From Deferribacterales bacterium (lineage in GTDB: Bacteria > Chrysiogenota > Deferribacteres > Deferribacterales > Geovibrionaceae), in contig JBFWLW010000004.1 of NCBI GenBank assembly GCA_050251945.1, positions 128,001 to 192,000 on the forward strand: a stretch of DNA of 64,000 nucleotides, read 5' to 3'. The stretch's first letter is position 1; each line of letters opens with the position of its first letter. Positions 47,500 through 57,893 of this stretch are shown here, piece by piece. The translations under genes were made by a program, and so were the position numbers. The notes under the pieces are model-generated. The model saw only the letters and a program-made list of their open reading frames with translations. It searched no databases and had not been told where the DNA came from.

Positions 47500-50400
47500 A
47501 TGAATTTTGCCGGTTGGTCGCTCAGAAACCCGATACCTTCCATATTATTTTTTGCACTTCTGACCTTTGCGGGACTTTATGGTTTTAAAAACCTGCATAT
47601 ACAGGATCTGCCTGATATCGACCTTCCGTCAGTTAACGCGGAACTGTCGCTTCCCGGGGCTTCTACCGTCCAGCTTGAAACGGAGGTTGCGCGCAAGGTC
47701 GAGGATTCGATTGCCGCAATTGCGGGCATCAAACATATAAATACGACCATCACGGACGGTCTGGTGTCTATAAACGTGCAGTTCGTGCTTGATAAGAACC
47801 TGTCTGATGCTCTTCTTGAAACAAAGGACGCTATAGACCGGATAAGATCAGACCTGCCGCCGAATCTGGAAGAACCTGTGATATCCGCTGACCGCATCGG
47901 TTCCAGCGCATTGATGGTATATGCCGTCTCTTCAACAGGCATGGGCGGGGATGAACTTTCGTGGTTTACGGATGATGTTATCGCCAAAAAGATACTCTCA
48001 GTCGATGGTGTGGGAAAATTCGAGCGCATAGGCGGGACAGACAGGGAGATAAAAATAGAAATAGACCCTGTGAAGCTCGCCTCGCTCAATGTGACTGCGG
48101 CGGATGTTTCTCAGACTTTAAAGAGTGTTCAGACAGAGGCTTCGGGCGGGCGGAGCAGGCTCGACGGGCAGGAACAGCTTATCCGCACAGTAACAACCGT
48201 TTCCACAGCACCGGAGCTTTCAGAGTTGGTCATTCCGTCTTCGGACGGGCGGACTGTCCGGCTGGAACAGGTGGCGCGGGTGCTTGATACACACGCGGAA
48301 CGCAGTCAGTTGTCACTTCTGGACGGTAAAGAGGTTGTCGGGTTTAACGTATACAGAGCCAAAGGAGCGGACGAGGTAAAAATTGCCGGAAAAGTGCATA
48401 AAGCTCTTGCCAGACTTGAAAAAGAACATCCGGAAATTAAACTGACGCAGGTAAATAATACCGTTAATTACACTATAACCCAGTACGAAGGGTCGATGAG
48501 CATGCTTTATGAAGGCGCCCTTCTTGCTGTCATAGTCGTTTGGTTCTTTCTGCGGGACTGGCGGGCGACGCTCATCTCGGCGACGGCTCTTCCGCTTTCA
48601 ATCATACCGACCTATGCAGTGATGAACTGGCTGGGATATTCACTTAACACCCTGACTTTGCTCGCGCAGGCGGTGGTTGTGGGGATTCTGGTGGACGACG
48701 CTATCGTTGAGATAGAGAATATTGTCCGCCACAAACGAATGGGCAAACCCGTTTTCACTGCTGTTTCGGATGCAGTAAGCGAAATAGCGCTGGCTGTCAT
48801 AGCCACAACCTTTACTATAGTTGCCGTATTCCTGCCGACATCACTTATGGAAGGGGTGGGCGGGCTGTTCTTTAAACAGTTCGGATGGACGGTGGTAATT
48901 TCCGTGCTGTTCTCCCTGCTGGTTGCACGGCTTTTGACACCCGTGATGGCGCTCTGGTTTCTGAAAGACGACGTTCATCCGCATAAACCCGACGGCTTTG
49001 CTATGAGGACGTATATAAACGTTGTGGAGTGGTGCCTTGATCACGGCAAGACCACTTTTGCCCTTGCCTTTGTCTACATGGTGCTGACATACATGCTTGC
49101 CTCCGGTCTGTCCACCGGTTTCATACCGGCTTCTGATGAAGGGTACACCCGGATTGGCATAGAACTTCCACCCGGAAGCTCTATAGAACAGAGCAGGCAG
49201 ACAGCGGAGGAACTGCGCGGTGTTCTGGGCGATGTCAAAGGTATTGCCAATGTGTTCTGCGTCGTGGGTGAATCGGGCAATTCCGGCGAAACGGATAAAA
49301 GCAGTATGACGCTGGTGTTTACCCCCATGGGCGAAAGACCGTCGCAGACGGAAATTGAGAACGCAGTGCGGCAGAAGCTGAAACTTGTGGCGGGCGCACG
49401 TTTTTCGCTGGGTTCGGAAAACGACGGGCTCAATGTGATATTCGCAGGCGATAATGCGGATGCGCTCAATTCCACTGTGCCTGCATTTGAAAAAGAATTG
49501 AGAACTCTGGGATATCTGAATAACATCAAATCCACAGCCAGTCTTCAGAAGAAGGAAATAATCGTGCGCCCGAATATTAAGCGTTCCGCAGAGCTGGGCG
49601 TGACAGCCTCTGACATAGCGTCAACGCTCAGGGTTGCCACTGCCGGAGATTACGACTCGTTCCTTGCAAAGCTGAACCTTGACAACAGACAGGTGTATAT
49701 CCGCACTTATATGTCGGATGCCGATGTTTCTGATCTGTCGGTGATAAGCAATCTGCGGATTCCGGCGCGGGACGGCTCTACGGCGCTCTCGAATATTGCC
49801 GAAATTTCAACAGGTAACGGACCGTCGGTGATAAACCGTTATGACCGCATGAGATATGTCACCGTCAGCGCAGACATCGGCACGGTGCCGCTCGGAAAAG
49901 CCATTGACGATGCAAAAGCTTTGCCGTCTATGAAGCACATACCCGACAGCGTTCAGATAATTGACGGAGGTGATGCGGAACTCATGAATGAGCTTTTTTC
50001 CGGCTTCGGCGTCGCCATGCTGACAGGTATTCTATGCATGTACTGCGTTCTGGTGCTGCTGTTCAAAGATTTTTTACAACCCGTATCCATCCTTTCGGCA
50101 CTTCCGCTGTCCATCGGCGGTTCGGTTGCCGCTCTGATTCTCAGCGGAGCGGAACTCAGCCTTGTCGCTCTCATCGGCATGGTGATGCTCATGGGAATAG
50201 TCACCAAAAACTCAATTCTGCTGGCTGATTACGCCATAATGAATATGAAAGAACACGATATGCCGCTGACCGGAGCGCTCCTTGACGCTTGTCATAAGCG
50301 GGCTCAGCCGATAGTTATGACGACCGTAGCCATGATAGCCGGAATGATGCCCATTATGCTCGGTTTCGGCGGCGACGCAAGTTTTCGCCGTCCCATGGCG

Positions 50401-50511
50401 TTTGCGGTGACGGGCGGTCTGCTGACATCTACATTTCTGAGCCTTCTGATTGTGCCTGTAGTATTTAAATTTATTCATGAGACCGAAAAGCGGCTGTTCA
50501 TACGAAACTGA
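47500..50511 (+). CDS. RND efflux permease (AcrB family)
   Basis: 1003 aa; GILVDDAIV..ENI, GIV.KN.ILL, R..PI.MT. Confidence 0.96.
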   Translation: MNFAGWSLRNPIPSILFFALLTFAGLYGFKNLHIQDLPDIDLPSVNAELSLPGASTVQLETEVARKVEDSIAAIAGIKHINTTITDGLVSINVQFVLDKNLSDALLETKDAIDRIRSDLPPNLEEPVISADRIGSSALMVYAVSSTGMGGDELSWFTDDVIAKKILSVDGVGKFERIGGTDREIKIEIDPVKLASLNVTAADVSQTLKSVQTEASGGRSRLDGQEQLIRTVTTVSTAPELSELVIPSSDGRTVRLEQVARVLDTHAERSQLSLLDGKEVVGFNVYRAKGADEVKIAGKVHKALARLEKEHPEIKLTQVNNTVNYTITQYEGSMSMLYEGALLAVIVVWFFLRDWRATLISATALPLSIIPTYAVMNWLGYSLNTLTLLAQAVVVGILVDDAIVEIENIVRHKRMGKPVFTAVSDAVSEIALAVIATTFTIVAVFLPTSLMEGVGGLFFKQFGWTVVISVLFSLLVARLLTPVMALWFLKDDVHPHKPDGFAMRTYINVVEWCLDHGKTTFALAFVYMVLTYMLASGLSTGFIPASDEGYTRIGIELPPGSSIEQSRQTAEELRGVLGDVKGIANVFCVVGESGNSGETDKSSMTLVFTPMGERPSQTEIENAVRQKLKLVAGARFSLGSENDGLNVIFAGDNADALNSTVPAFEKELRTLGYLNNIKSTASLQKKEIIVRPNIKRSAELGVTASDIASTLRVATAGDYDSFLAKLNLDNRQVYIRTYMSDADVSDLSVISNLRIPARDGSTALSNIAEISTGNGPSVINRYDRMRYVTVSADIGTVPLGKAIDDAKALPSMKHIPDSVQIIDGGDAELMNELFSGFGVAMLTGILCMYCVLVLLFKDFLQPVSILSALPLSIGGSVAALILSGAELSLVALIGMVMLMGIVTKNSILLADYAIMNMKEHDMPLTGALLDACHKRAQPIVMTTVAMIAGMMPIMLGFGGDASFRRPMAFAVTGGLLTSTFLSLLIVPVVFKFIHETEKRLFIRN

Positions 50512-50734
50512 AAAACGGCTATGCAATCCGGAATTTCCGAAAACAGTTGACACAGGCTGATTTCATTGATAACTAGTGTATGTTGAAATAATGATATTAA
50601 TACTCAATATCTTTTTATCGCATCCGGTTTTCCTTATCAAAGCATAACCGGAATAAAATTCAGGAACAGTCTATATTTCGTTCAGGATGGGACTATTCCA
50701 ATATCGGAAACACTTTGATATACTCTGCATAATT

Positions 50735-50753
50735 GATAATGATTTTCAATACC
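50735..50753 (+). promoter_or_regulatory. Fur box
   Basis: GATAATGATTTTCAATACC, 15/19 match to GATAATGATAATCATTATC, upstream of a TonB-dependent receptor fragment. Confidence 0.7.
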
Positions 50754-50810
50754 ACGCGAAGAGTCATGATATGGTACATGCAGTGCGATGGTGAAAAAAC
50801 TGGAGGAAAG

Positions 50811-51287
50811 ATGAAGCAGAGGCGTTTATTTAAGACCGGAGGATTTGTGATAGCGGTTTCCATGATACTTTCATCGCTTTCGGCTAAAGCGGAGGAAGAG
50901 GTTCAGGAGATCAAACCTGTTGTTGTTACGGCTACAGGGTTTGAACAGTACATTGCGGATGCGCCCGCAAGCATCAGCGTGATCACGAAAGAGGAGATCG
51001 CCAAGATGCCTGCGACAACCATCACAGATCTGCTCAAAACCGTTGAGGGCGTCAGCATCACAGGATGGATGGCGAGCGAAACCGACATCGTTCTGCGCGG
51101 TATGCCGGGCGAGTATACCCTTATAATGGTGGACGGAAAACGGCAGAACACCAGAGAGACAATGAACAGAGGATCAGCCGGCGTTCAGGCGAACATGATT
51201 CCGCCGCTTGATGCCATTGAGAGGATAGAGATTGTCAGAGGGCCCATGTCCTCTGTTTACGGTTCAGCCTCTCCTTGTTTTTTCTGA
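50811..51287 (+). pseudogene. truncated TonB-dependent receptor (CirA/IrgA-like plug only)
   Basis: Signal peptide, VVVTATG..Q...DAPASISVI, RGM...YTLI.VDG, IERIEIVRGPMSS.YGS, then a stop before the usual GGVINIIT and barrel. Confidence 0.88.
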
Positions 51288-51540
51288 AAATTGCATATCC
51301 GGTTGCAATCTGCAATCACCAGACCACCGGATTTCCAACATGACCAAAAAACGGTTTAAAACGGTTCGGGATGTTTTGTTCTTACAAGATATACGTATAT
51401 CTGCAAAGGCTGTATGAATGAGGGTGCGGAAATCAAGGAGGCGGTTTGAGCGGTTTTTTCAGGGATTTAACTGACGGAAAGACTGCCGGAATGTTTTGCG
51501 GATAGATTGCAGCTTCAGTCTGGCGGTTATTTTTCCAAGG

Positions 51541-52024
51541 TTACAAAATGCTTACGGTACAGTTCTCATTAAAGCCGTGTTTTTTACCCTTGATGGACTC
51601 AATGTCAATGCGTATTACCACTGTACCTTTAAGGTTGTTCAGGGGGTACTCTAACTTTTTGTCGGTGAAAAGTGCAACGATCATATCCAGAGCTTCTGTT
51701 TTTTCTGTTTCGTCCTCAACGAAGACTGCGTTTTCAAGACCGATAACGATTCTGTGCTTTGCATTCAAAATGCAGGCTTTGTCGCTTTCAATCACTCCTT
51801 TGTCAAGGGAGACGCTGAAACATACGAGACTTTTTTTTCATCATCTCTATTTTTGTGTCGGCAAGTGCGGAGTGAACGTATATTGCTGTTCCGTCGTAGA
51901 CATAGAAGACGGGAACCGTAAAAGGAATGTTGCTGTCCGCAAGGACAAGGTTCATTACCTGTCTTTTTTTAAGTATTTCGGTTATTTTAGACATTTCCGT
52001 TATCTGGCGCGGTTTTCTTCTCAT
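51541..52024 (-). pseudogene. frameshifted pyridoxamine 5'-phosphate oxidase-like (NimA-type) protein
   Basis: MRRK.RQIT...P..VP.FY...IY.HSA...K continues in the +1 frame as LVCFSV...KAC...EK..AL...GK; the break is at an A8 run (51838-51831). Confidence 0.75.
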
Positions 52025-52202
52025 TGGTCCGTTGTTTGGGTGCATAATCATTCCGACGGAAATAATATAAAAACGGCATCCGGTGTGAAAATGGATGCCG
52101 CAAAGCAACCCTTACCACATGGCGCCTTTATATGTGATGTGATGAGTTAAATTTTGCTTTAAAAATAAAACTGTTTCCGGATTTGCATTTAAACGATATA
52201 AG

Positions 52203-53642
52203 TCAACAATTTTCTGTTCCGGCTCTGGGATTCATGTATTCCTCCACCAGTGATGCTATGTCCATGATTGATTTTTCAAGCTCCTCCTCGCGTATTGAGG
52301 AAGGGCAGATCAGGATATGAGTGGTATCGGTTTTATTGAAAAAATAACCCGGGTGGAAATGCTTGAAATATTTATTCTTAAACGCAACCCGCGTGTTAAT
52401 GCCGGGGAAATCCAGCCAGAAGTGGAAATTGCAGTTCTTTTCCACCCATTTGCCGTATTTGCTCAGATATTTATTACACATTTCCAGTGCCAGAGCGCGT
52501 CTGTTCCCGATAAACCTTCTGACAGCCTTCATCATTATTTCATACATGCCGCTTCTGAACATTTCGTCAACGACAATCTGAATGAAATAGTTTGCCTTAA
52601 CCCCGTCCTGTATGAACACGTTTCCGAGATGATTAATGATGAATTCGTCGGCGACTATCCAGCTCGTCTGCAGATCAAACGGGCATGACCGCACAAACAT
52701 CCCGAAGTAGATTACGTTTCCGTTTTTGTCCATGGATTTCAATGGGGGCGGAAATGGCGAAGTGTGCCATACGTCTCTCAGGTGTTCAAGCTCTATTACC
52801 GGAAGATGGTATTTATCAATTATCTGCATAATCGTCTTTTTTCTCTGCTTGCTCATGACCGTCCCTGTCGGCGCCTGATCGGTAAGGTCTACGTGCAGAA
52901 TGGGATGCTTATGTTTCATGATCGCTTTTTCAAGCTCCATTGCCGAAAGACCGTGCTCGTCTATGGAAATCGGGATCATGTTCATTCCGATTGAATGTAT
53001 ATCCGAGATGGCGGATATTATGTTGCTTTGCTCGTGGAGGAAGTTTGACCCGCTTGTCATAAGCGATTCGTAGAGCGGGTGCAAGATCTGCACGCCACCC
53101 GGGCATATCAGTATATTATTGATATTCGCTTTTATGCCGAGCTTTTCAACATGTTTGACTATGGATTGCCTGAGAGGGATATAGCCGAATATGGAATAGT
53201 CGGATTTACAGTCCAGTTCATATGATCTTGCCACTGCGTTTTTCATGGCTTCGACAATGTACGGGTGGATATCGAAATCGCTGCTGAGACCGAAATCGGA
53301 CAATCCTCCGGCATCCGCCCAGAACTTCATTTCGTTATTCCCCGGTTTGTGTTTCGCTCTTTTGATGTATGAAGACCAGTCGGCGACATTATTTCTTTTG
53401 CTGCTGGCAACAATATACCCGGATTTCGGATATGTAAGTATCAGACCTTCCTGAAGGAGAGTGTTATATGCGGAGTTGACAGTATTGGCGCTTATGCTCA
53501 GAATTTTTGTCAGAGTTCTTCTGCTGGGCATTTTACTCCCGGGAGTAAGTTTTCCGATTTCAATCTGTCTTCTGAATTCTTCGGCTATTTGCAAATATAT
53601 TGGTACATCAGAATTTTTCTGGATTTTGATAGTATCTATCAT
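52203..53642 (-). CDS. MocR/GabR-family regulator
   Basis: PIY.QI...I..G.L.PG.KMPS.R.L...ISANTV..AY..L..EG; aminotransferase-like domain (QAPTG.VMS..RK). Confidence 0.9.
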   Translation of the reverse strand: MIDTIKIQKNSDVPIYLQIAEEFRRQIEIGKLTPGSKMPSRRTLTKILSISANTVNSAYNTLLQEGLILTYPKSGYIVASSKRNNVADWSSYIKRAKHKPGNNEMKFWADAGGLSDFGLSSDFDIHPYIVEAMKNAVARSYELDCKSDYSIFGYIPLRQSIVKHVEKLGIKANINNILICPGGVQILHPLYESLMTSGSNFLHEQSNIISAISDIHSIGMNMIPISIDEHGLSAMELEKAIMKHKHPILHVDLTDQAPTGTVMSKQRKKTIMQIIDKYHLPVIELEHLRDVWHTSPFPPPLKSMDKNGNVIYFGMFVRSCPFDLQTSWIVADEFIINHLGNVFIQDGVKANYFIQIVVDEMFRSGMYEIMMKAVRRFIGNRRALALEMCNKYLSKYGKWVEKNCNFHFWLDFPGINTRVAFKNKYFKHFHPGYFFNKTDTTHILICPSSIREEELEKSIMDIASLVEEYMNPRAGTENC

Positions 53643-53819
53643 GTTGCCGCCCCCCCTAGTAATAATTAATTATACCACAATAAAACAGCGGTTAAAACTG
53701 GTCTCATCCGATAGTCGGGAACTGGTGCTATGACAGTGCGCTTATGCCAATTATTCTTTAGAAGGTCAGTCGATGAAAACGATAACTTAACGCGACGGAC
53801 AACGTTTACGGAGGTTTTT

Positions 53820-56549
53820 ATGTCTAAAACATCATCAGGTGTTAGCCGAAGGACAGTCCTTAAAGCTGCGGGCGTCCTGAGTGCATCCATGGCATTGGGT
53901 CCCTGCCTTACAAAAAAAGCAGAGGCCGGCGAGAAAAATGCTTTAACTACAGCTCCGCACGGAAAAGACGGTTGGCACTACAGCCACTGCCGTATGTGCA
54001 TGAGGGGCGACTGTGCGAATATGTACAGAGTTGAGAACGGTGTTGTTGTTGAGCTGAAGGGGAACCCCATGTCGGCAAACGGCAAGGGTACCATGTGTGC
54101 CAGAGGAAACTCTCTGATACAGAACCTTTATAACCCTTACAGGGTTAAGGCGCCCATGAAAAGAACCAACCCCAGAAAAGGTCTTAACGAAGACCCGCAA
54201 TGGGTCGAGATATCATGGGACGAAGCTCTTAACACAACAGCAAAAGTGCTGAAAAAAGTGAGAGACAAAGACCCCAGAAGACTCATTTTTCAGGTCGGTT
54301 TCGGAGATATGAACTATTTCTGTACTTATCTTTTTTATTTTGCTGCCGCATACGGCACTCCTAACTATCTGAAAAGTAACGGAACTCTCTGCGCTCTGCA
54401 CTATGCTGCCGATCTTGTTCAGGGTATCTTCCCTGTTACTGTTTCCGATCTTACATATGCAAAATACGTTCTTGTTCTCGGCAGACACTCGGGCATGTCC
54501 ATCGGAGCCGCAAACGGCGGTGCCAGAGGCGCTGTGGACGCTATTGTTGACGAAAAGACTAAGTTTGTCGTGGTCGACCCCCGCTGTTCTGCTGAAGCCG
54601 GAAAAGGCGACTGGATACCGATCAAACCAGGAACAGACCTTGCGTTTCTTATGGCGATAGCGCACACCATCCTTTTTGAGATTAAAAAATATGACGTTGA
54701 ATCTCTGCGCTGGTGGACGAACGCACCCTATCTTATCGACGAAGAGGGCAATTATTTCAGAGGACAGGACGGAAAGCCCCAAATATACGACCTTTCCGAC
54801 AAAAAAGTTAAGTCTTTCGATGATAAAACGCTTAAGACACCCCATATTGAAGCGAAAAATGTGAAAGTCAGCGGACATAAACTCACAGCCAGCTTTGTTC
54901 TGGTGCGGGAAAGTCTGAAAAACAGCACACCCGAATGGGCTTCAAAAATTTCAACCGTACCTGCGAAAAAGATACGTCAGGTTGCAAAAGACTTTATTGA
55001 TAACGCGAGCCTCGGCAAAACTGTTGATCTTAAAGACAACAGCGGAAAGGTTAGAACTTTCCCCCTGAGAACATCCTCTGTCATTTGCCAGCGCGGTGTT
55101 ATGGGACAGAGAGACGGAGTCGGCGGCGACCTTATGACAAAGGTCATCAATATGCTCGTGGGCTGTCTTGACGTTCCCGGCGGAAACATTGCCTGCGCCA
55201 GAGGACCGCACCTTTCCCCTGACAAAGACGGTGTTGTCGAACCTAAAATGGAAGCAATGTTCCATGAACCCACATGGCCGCCCCAGCATATAGACCTTTA
55301 CGAATTTTTCCCTCACAGACACTCAATGCCTGCGCTCGCATATAAAGTGGCTATGGATCCCCATAAATACGGTCTTGAGTATGAGATAGACGCACTGCTC
55401 ACAGTTGGCGGAAACCCTATTTCAAGTACGACAGAACCTTATATGGTTGCAGAATCCGTTTCAAAGATACCTTTCTCTGCAACTCTGGCATACCACTACG
55501 ACGAGATGGCTCATATGTCGGATATCCTTCTGCCCTCACACGCGATACTTGAGAAAGAATCCGTTAACTGCTACGAGTCAGCTTTCGATGTTTATCAGAA
55601 AGACACCATGGGACTTAAAATGCTGATGTACAGAGATCCATTCCCGACAGTCTATAATTCGAGACAGTCTCAGGATATCATAATGGATATCTCCGAACGC
55701 ATGGGAATGATAGGCGATTTCAACGATGCCATGAACAAAATGGGTGTTATGATCGGCGAGATCTCAATAGCGTTCCTTGATAAAGAGAACCATTTCGACC
55801 TCAACAAACGCTATTCCGTGAGGGAAGTGTGGGACAGAGGTGTTCAGAAGTATTTCGGCAAACAATACACTATGGACAGCATGAACAAGACGGGTCTGAT
55901 AATAACCAGAGAGGCTCCCGCCGAGTGTTACAATACCGGACGCTTCAATAAAGGCGAAACGAGATTCCCGTTCTATTTCAGCAGATTGAAAGACAGCGGC
56001 GATAAACTCCGCCAGTATTTCACCGCACACAAAGATCAGATATACCTGCCCGACTGGGATATGGAAGACCATCTGGAATACTACGAACCGACGATCTCAT
56101 GGCGTCCCAACAAGGTCAACTCCGTCAAAAAAGGCGATAAATACGACCTTGTCACTCTGACATACAAAACGCAGTATTCACCGATGAGAATAGGTGCTGT
56201 TGATCAGCTTCCTTACCTCAACGAAACCGGTGAAACGTTTGACCCGTACTACGGAACCGTATCTCTGAGTGTTAATACCGCCGCAGAGAAAGGGCTTAAA
56301 ACAGGTGATACTGTCGTTGTTGAATCCGAGGATGGAAAAGTTTCCGGAAAACTGTTTGTTACAGAGCTTTTACAGCCGGGTGTTGTCGGCATTGCCGGCA
56401 GTCTTGGCAGACTTCTGAAAACAACCGGAGCCGCCGGCGACAAGTATATTCACTATAACAAGCTCACAAGCACGAAGATAAAAGATTGCGACCCTGTGGC
56501 AATGGGTATCACCAACGCCGTGCCTGTAAGAATATACAAACAAAGCTAG
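53820..56549 (+). CDS. Tat-exported molybdopterin oxidoreductase catalytic subunit (DMSO reductase family, ArrA/PsrA/PadB-like branch)
   Basis: SRRTVLK; CRMCMRGDC...C Fe-S motif; KRTNPRKG.NEDP....ISWDEA; GTPN...TLC; VDPR; PGTD.A. Start moved to ATG 53820. Confidence 0.92.
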   Translation: MSKTSSGVSRRTVLKAAGVLSASMALGPCLTKKAEAGEKNALTTAPHGKDGWHYSHCRMCMRGDCANMYRVENGVVVELKGNPMSANGKGTMCARGNSLIQNLYNPYRVKAPMKRTNPRKGLNEDPQWVEISWDEALNTTAKVLKKVRDKDPRRLIFQVGFGDMNYFCTYLFYFAAAYGTPNYLKSNGTLCALHYAADLVQGIFPVTVSDLTYAKYVLVLGRHSGMSIGAANGGARGAVDAIVDEKTKFVVVDPRCSAEAGKGDWIPIKPGTDLAFLMAIAHTILFEIKKYDVESLRWWTNAPYLIDEEGNYFRGQDGKPQIYDLSDKKVKSFDDKTLKTPHIEAKNVKVSGHKLTASFVLVRESLKNSTPEWASKISTVPAKKIRQVAKDFIDNASLGKTVDLKDNSGKVRTFPLRTSSVICQRGVMGQRDGVGGDLMTKVINMLVGCLDVPGGNIACARGPHLSPDKDGVVEPKMEAMFHEPTWPPQHIDLYEFFPHRHSMPALAYKVAMDPHKYGLEYEIDALLTVGGNPISSTTEPYMVAESVSKIPFSATLAYHYDEMAHMSDILLPSHAILEKESVNCYESAFDVYQKDTMGLKMLMYRDPFPTVYNSRQSQDIIMDISERMGMIGDFNDAMNKMGVMIGEISIAFLDKENHFDLNKRYSVREVWDRGVQKYFGKQYTMDSMNKTGLIITREAPAECYNTGRFNKGETRFPFYFSRLKDSGDKLRQYFTAHKDQIYLPDWDMEDHLEYYEPTISWRPNKVNSVKKGDKYDLVTLTYKTQYSPMRIGAVDQLPYLNETGETFDPYYGTVSLSVNTAAEKGLKTGDTVVVESEDGKVSGKLFVTELLQPGVVGIAGSLGRLLKTTGAAGDKYIHYNKLTSTKIKDCDPVAMGITNAVPVRIYKQS

Positions 56550-56558
56550 GAGCAGATC

Positions 56559-57164
56559 ATGAAACTGGTAATGATAATGGATAAAAGACGGTGTTTCGGC
56601 TGTAACGGGTGTACCGTTGCCTGCAAACAGGCAAATGCAACGCCTCCCGGTACTTTTTATACAAAGACGCTGACCGAGGAACACGGGAAATTTCCTAACA
56701 GCAAAATAGGGTATATGCCGCTCATATGCAACCATTGCGACAATGCACCCTGCGTTTCCGTCTGCCCTACGAAAGCATCCAAAAAACTGGCGGACGGCAC
56801 CGTTCAGGTTACAGCATCCGAATGTATCGGATGTCAGATGTGCATGGAAGCATGTCCTTACGGCGCAAGATATTTCAATGCGGAAGACAAACCCACATAC
56901 TGGGGAGACAAAGGTCAGGACGTTTATGAGAAACAGAGAAGCGGCGAACATGTGAAAGGAACCGTAGAAAAATGTACTTTCTGCGTATCCAGAAGAGAGA
57001 GAGGGCTTGTCCCCGCATGCGTGGACACCTGCCCTGCTATTGCCAGAATATTCGGAGACCTCGACGATCCTTCGAGCGAAGTATCCAAAGTATTTAAAAA
57101 ATTCAAACCGAAACCCTATCTTCCGGAAAAAGGGACAAAACCCAGCGTGTTTTATATCGAGTAA
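56559..57164 (+). CDS. 4x[4Fe-4S] electron transfer subunit (DmsB/PsrB-like)
   Basis: CFGCNGCTVAC, CNHCDNAPCVSVCP, CIGCQMCMEACPY, KCTFC...PACVDTCP. Confidence 0.96.
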   Translation: MKLVMIMDKRRCFGCNGCTVACKQANATPPGTFYTKTLTEEHGKFPNSKIGYMPLICNHCDNAPCVSVCPTKASKKLADGTVQVTASECIGCQMCMEACPYGARYFNAEDKPTYWGDKGQDVYEKQRSGEHVKGTVEKCTFCVSRRERGLVPACVDTCPAIARIFGDLDDPSSEVSKVFKKFKPKPYLPEKGTKPSVFYIE

Positions 57165-57224
57165 CAACAAAGTTATGCTGTTCCGTCTTCAAAAAGGGCG
57201 GAACAGCCCCCAAAGAGGTGTGAA

Positions 57225-57893
57225 ATGACAGATGCTACAGACAGATTTAACGATGAGACAGCTATAAATGATGCCGCAACAGACGAAGCCGTTTTCAGGC
57301 TTCTTGCAGCATTTTATAACATTAACCCGGATATGAACCTTGTCAAAGCTGTTCTGAAACTGACACCTGAACAGATCTCAGATGCTGAGATAGGAAAATG
57401 CATCACCATGATAAGGGATTTTGCATCTAAAGTTGATGAAGACGAAAGTCTTCTTATAGAACTGAAAAGGGACTGGACTAAGCTTTTCAGAGGCGTTGCG
57501 CCGGACTACGGTCCCAAACCGCCTTATGAACAGCTTTATGTGGGAAGCAAAGGGCTTGAGGTTATCAGCGAACTTGCGGATGTGTACTTTGCAAACAATT
57601 ATTTTGAATTTTTCGAGATAAACAACAGGCATGACTACATCGGCACAGAGCTTGCCTTTGTTGCGTATTTATCATCTCTCAGAAGGATTGCCGCCGAATC
57701 CGGCAACGTTACCGAATATCTCAGATTGAGCGGTCTGTCCGAAGATTTTATCAGATATCATATCTGCCATTGGGCGGAAAGGTTTTGCGAAGAAGCCTTT
57801 AAACATTGTTCCACCGATTTCTACAGAGGAGTTATGCACCTCACATTATCGCTTATTAATACAAAAGGAGGTTTTTGCGATGGGATTTCTTAA
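57225..57893 (+). CDS. TorD/DmsD-family chaperone
   Basis: W..LF.G......PPYE..Y, DYIG.EL.F, F...H...W...F, FY. Confidence 0.88.
   Translation: MTDATDRFNDETAINDAATDEAVFRLLAAFYNINPDMNLVKAVLKLTPEQISDAEIGKCITMIRDFASKVDEDESLLIELKRDWTKLFRGVAPDYGPKPPYEQLYVGSKGLEVISELADVYFANNYFEFFEINNRHDYIGTELAFVAYLSSLRRIAAESGNVTEYLRLSGLSEDFIRYHICHWAERFCEEAFKHCSTDFYRGVMHLTLSLINTKGGFCDGIS

Noticed and set aside
51803..51840. Programmed -1 frameshift at A_AAA_AAG
   Set aside because: The -1 frame reads VSYVSASPLTKE and stops; the homologous continuation is in the +1 frame.
57177..57207. Hairpin between the Fe-S subunit and chaperone genes as a terminator
   Set aside because: No T tract on the + strand; more likely an ordinary mRNA-stabilising stem.
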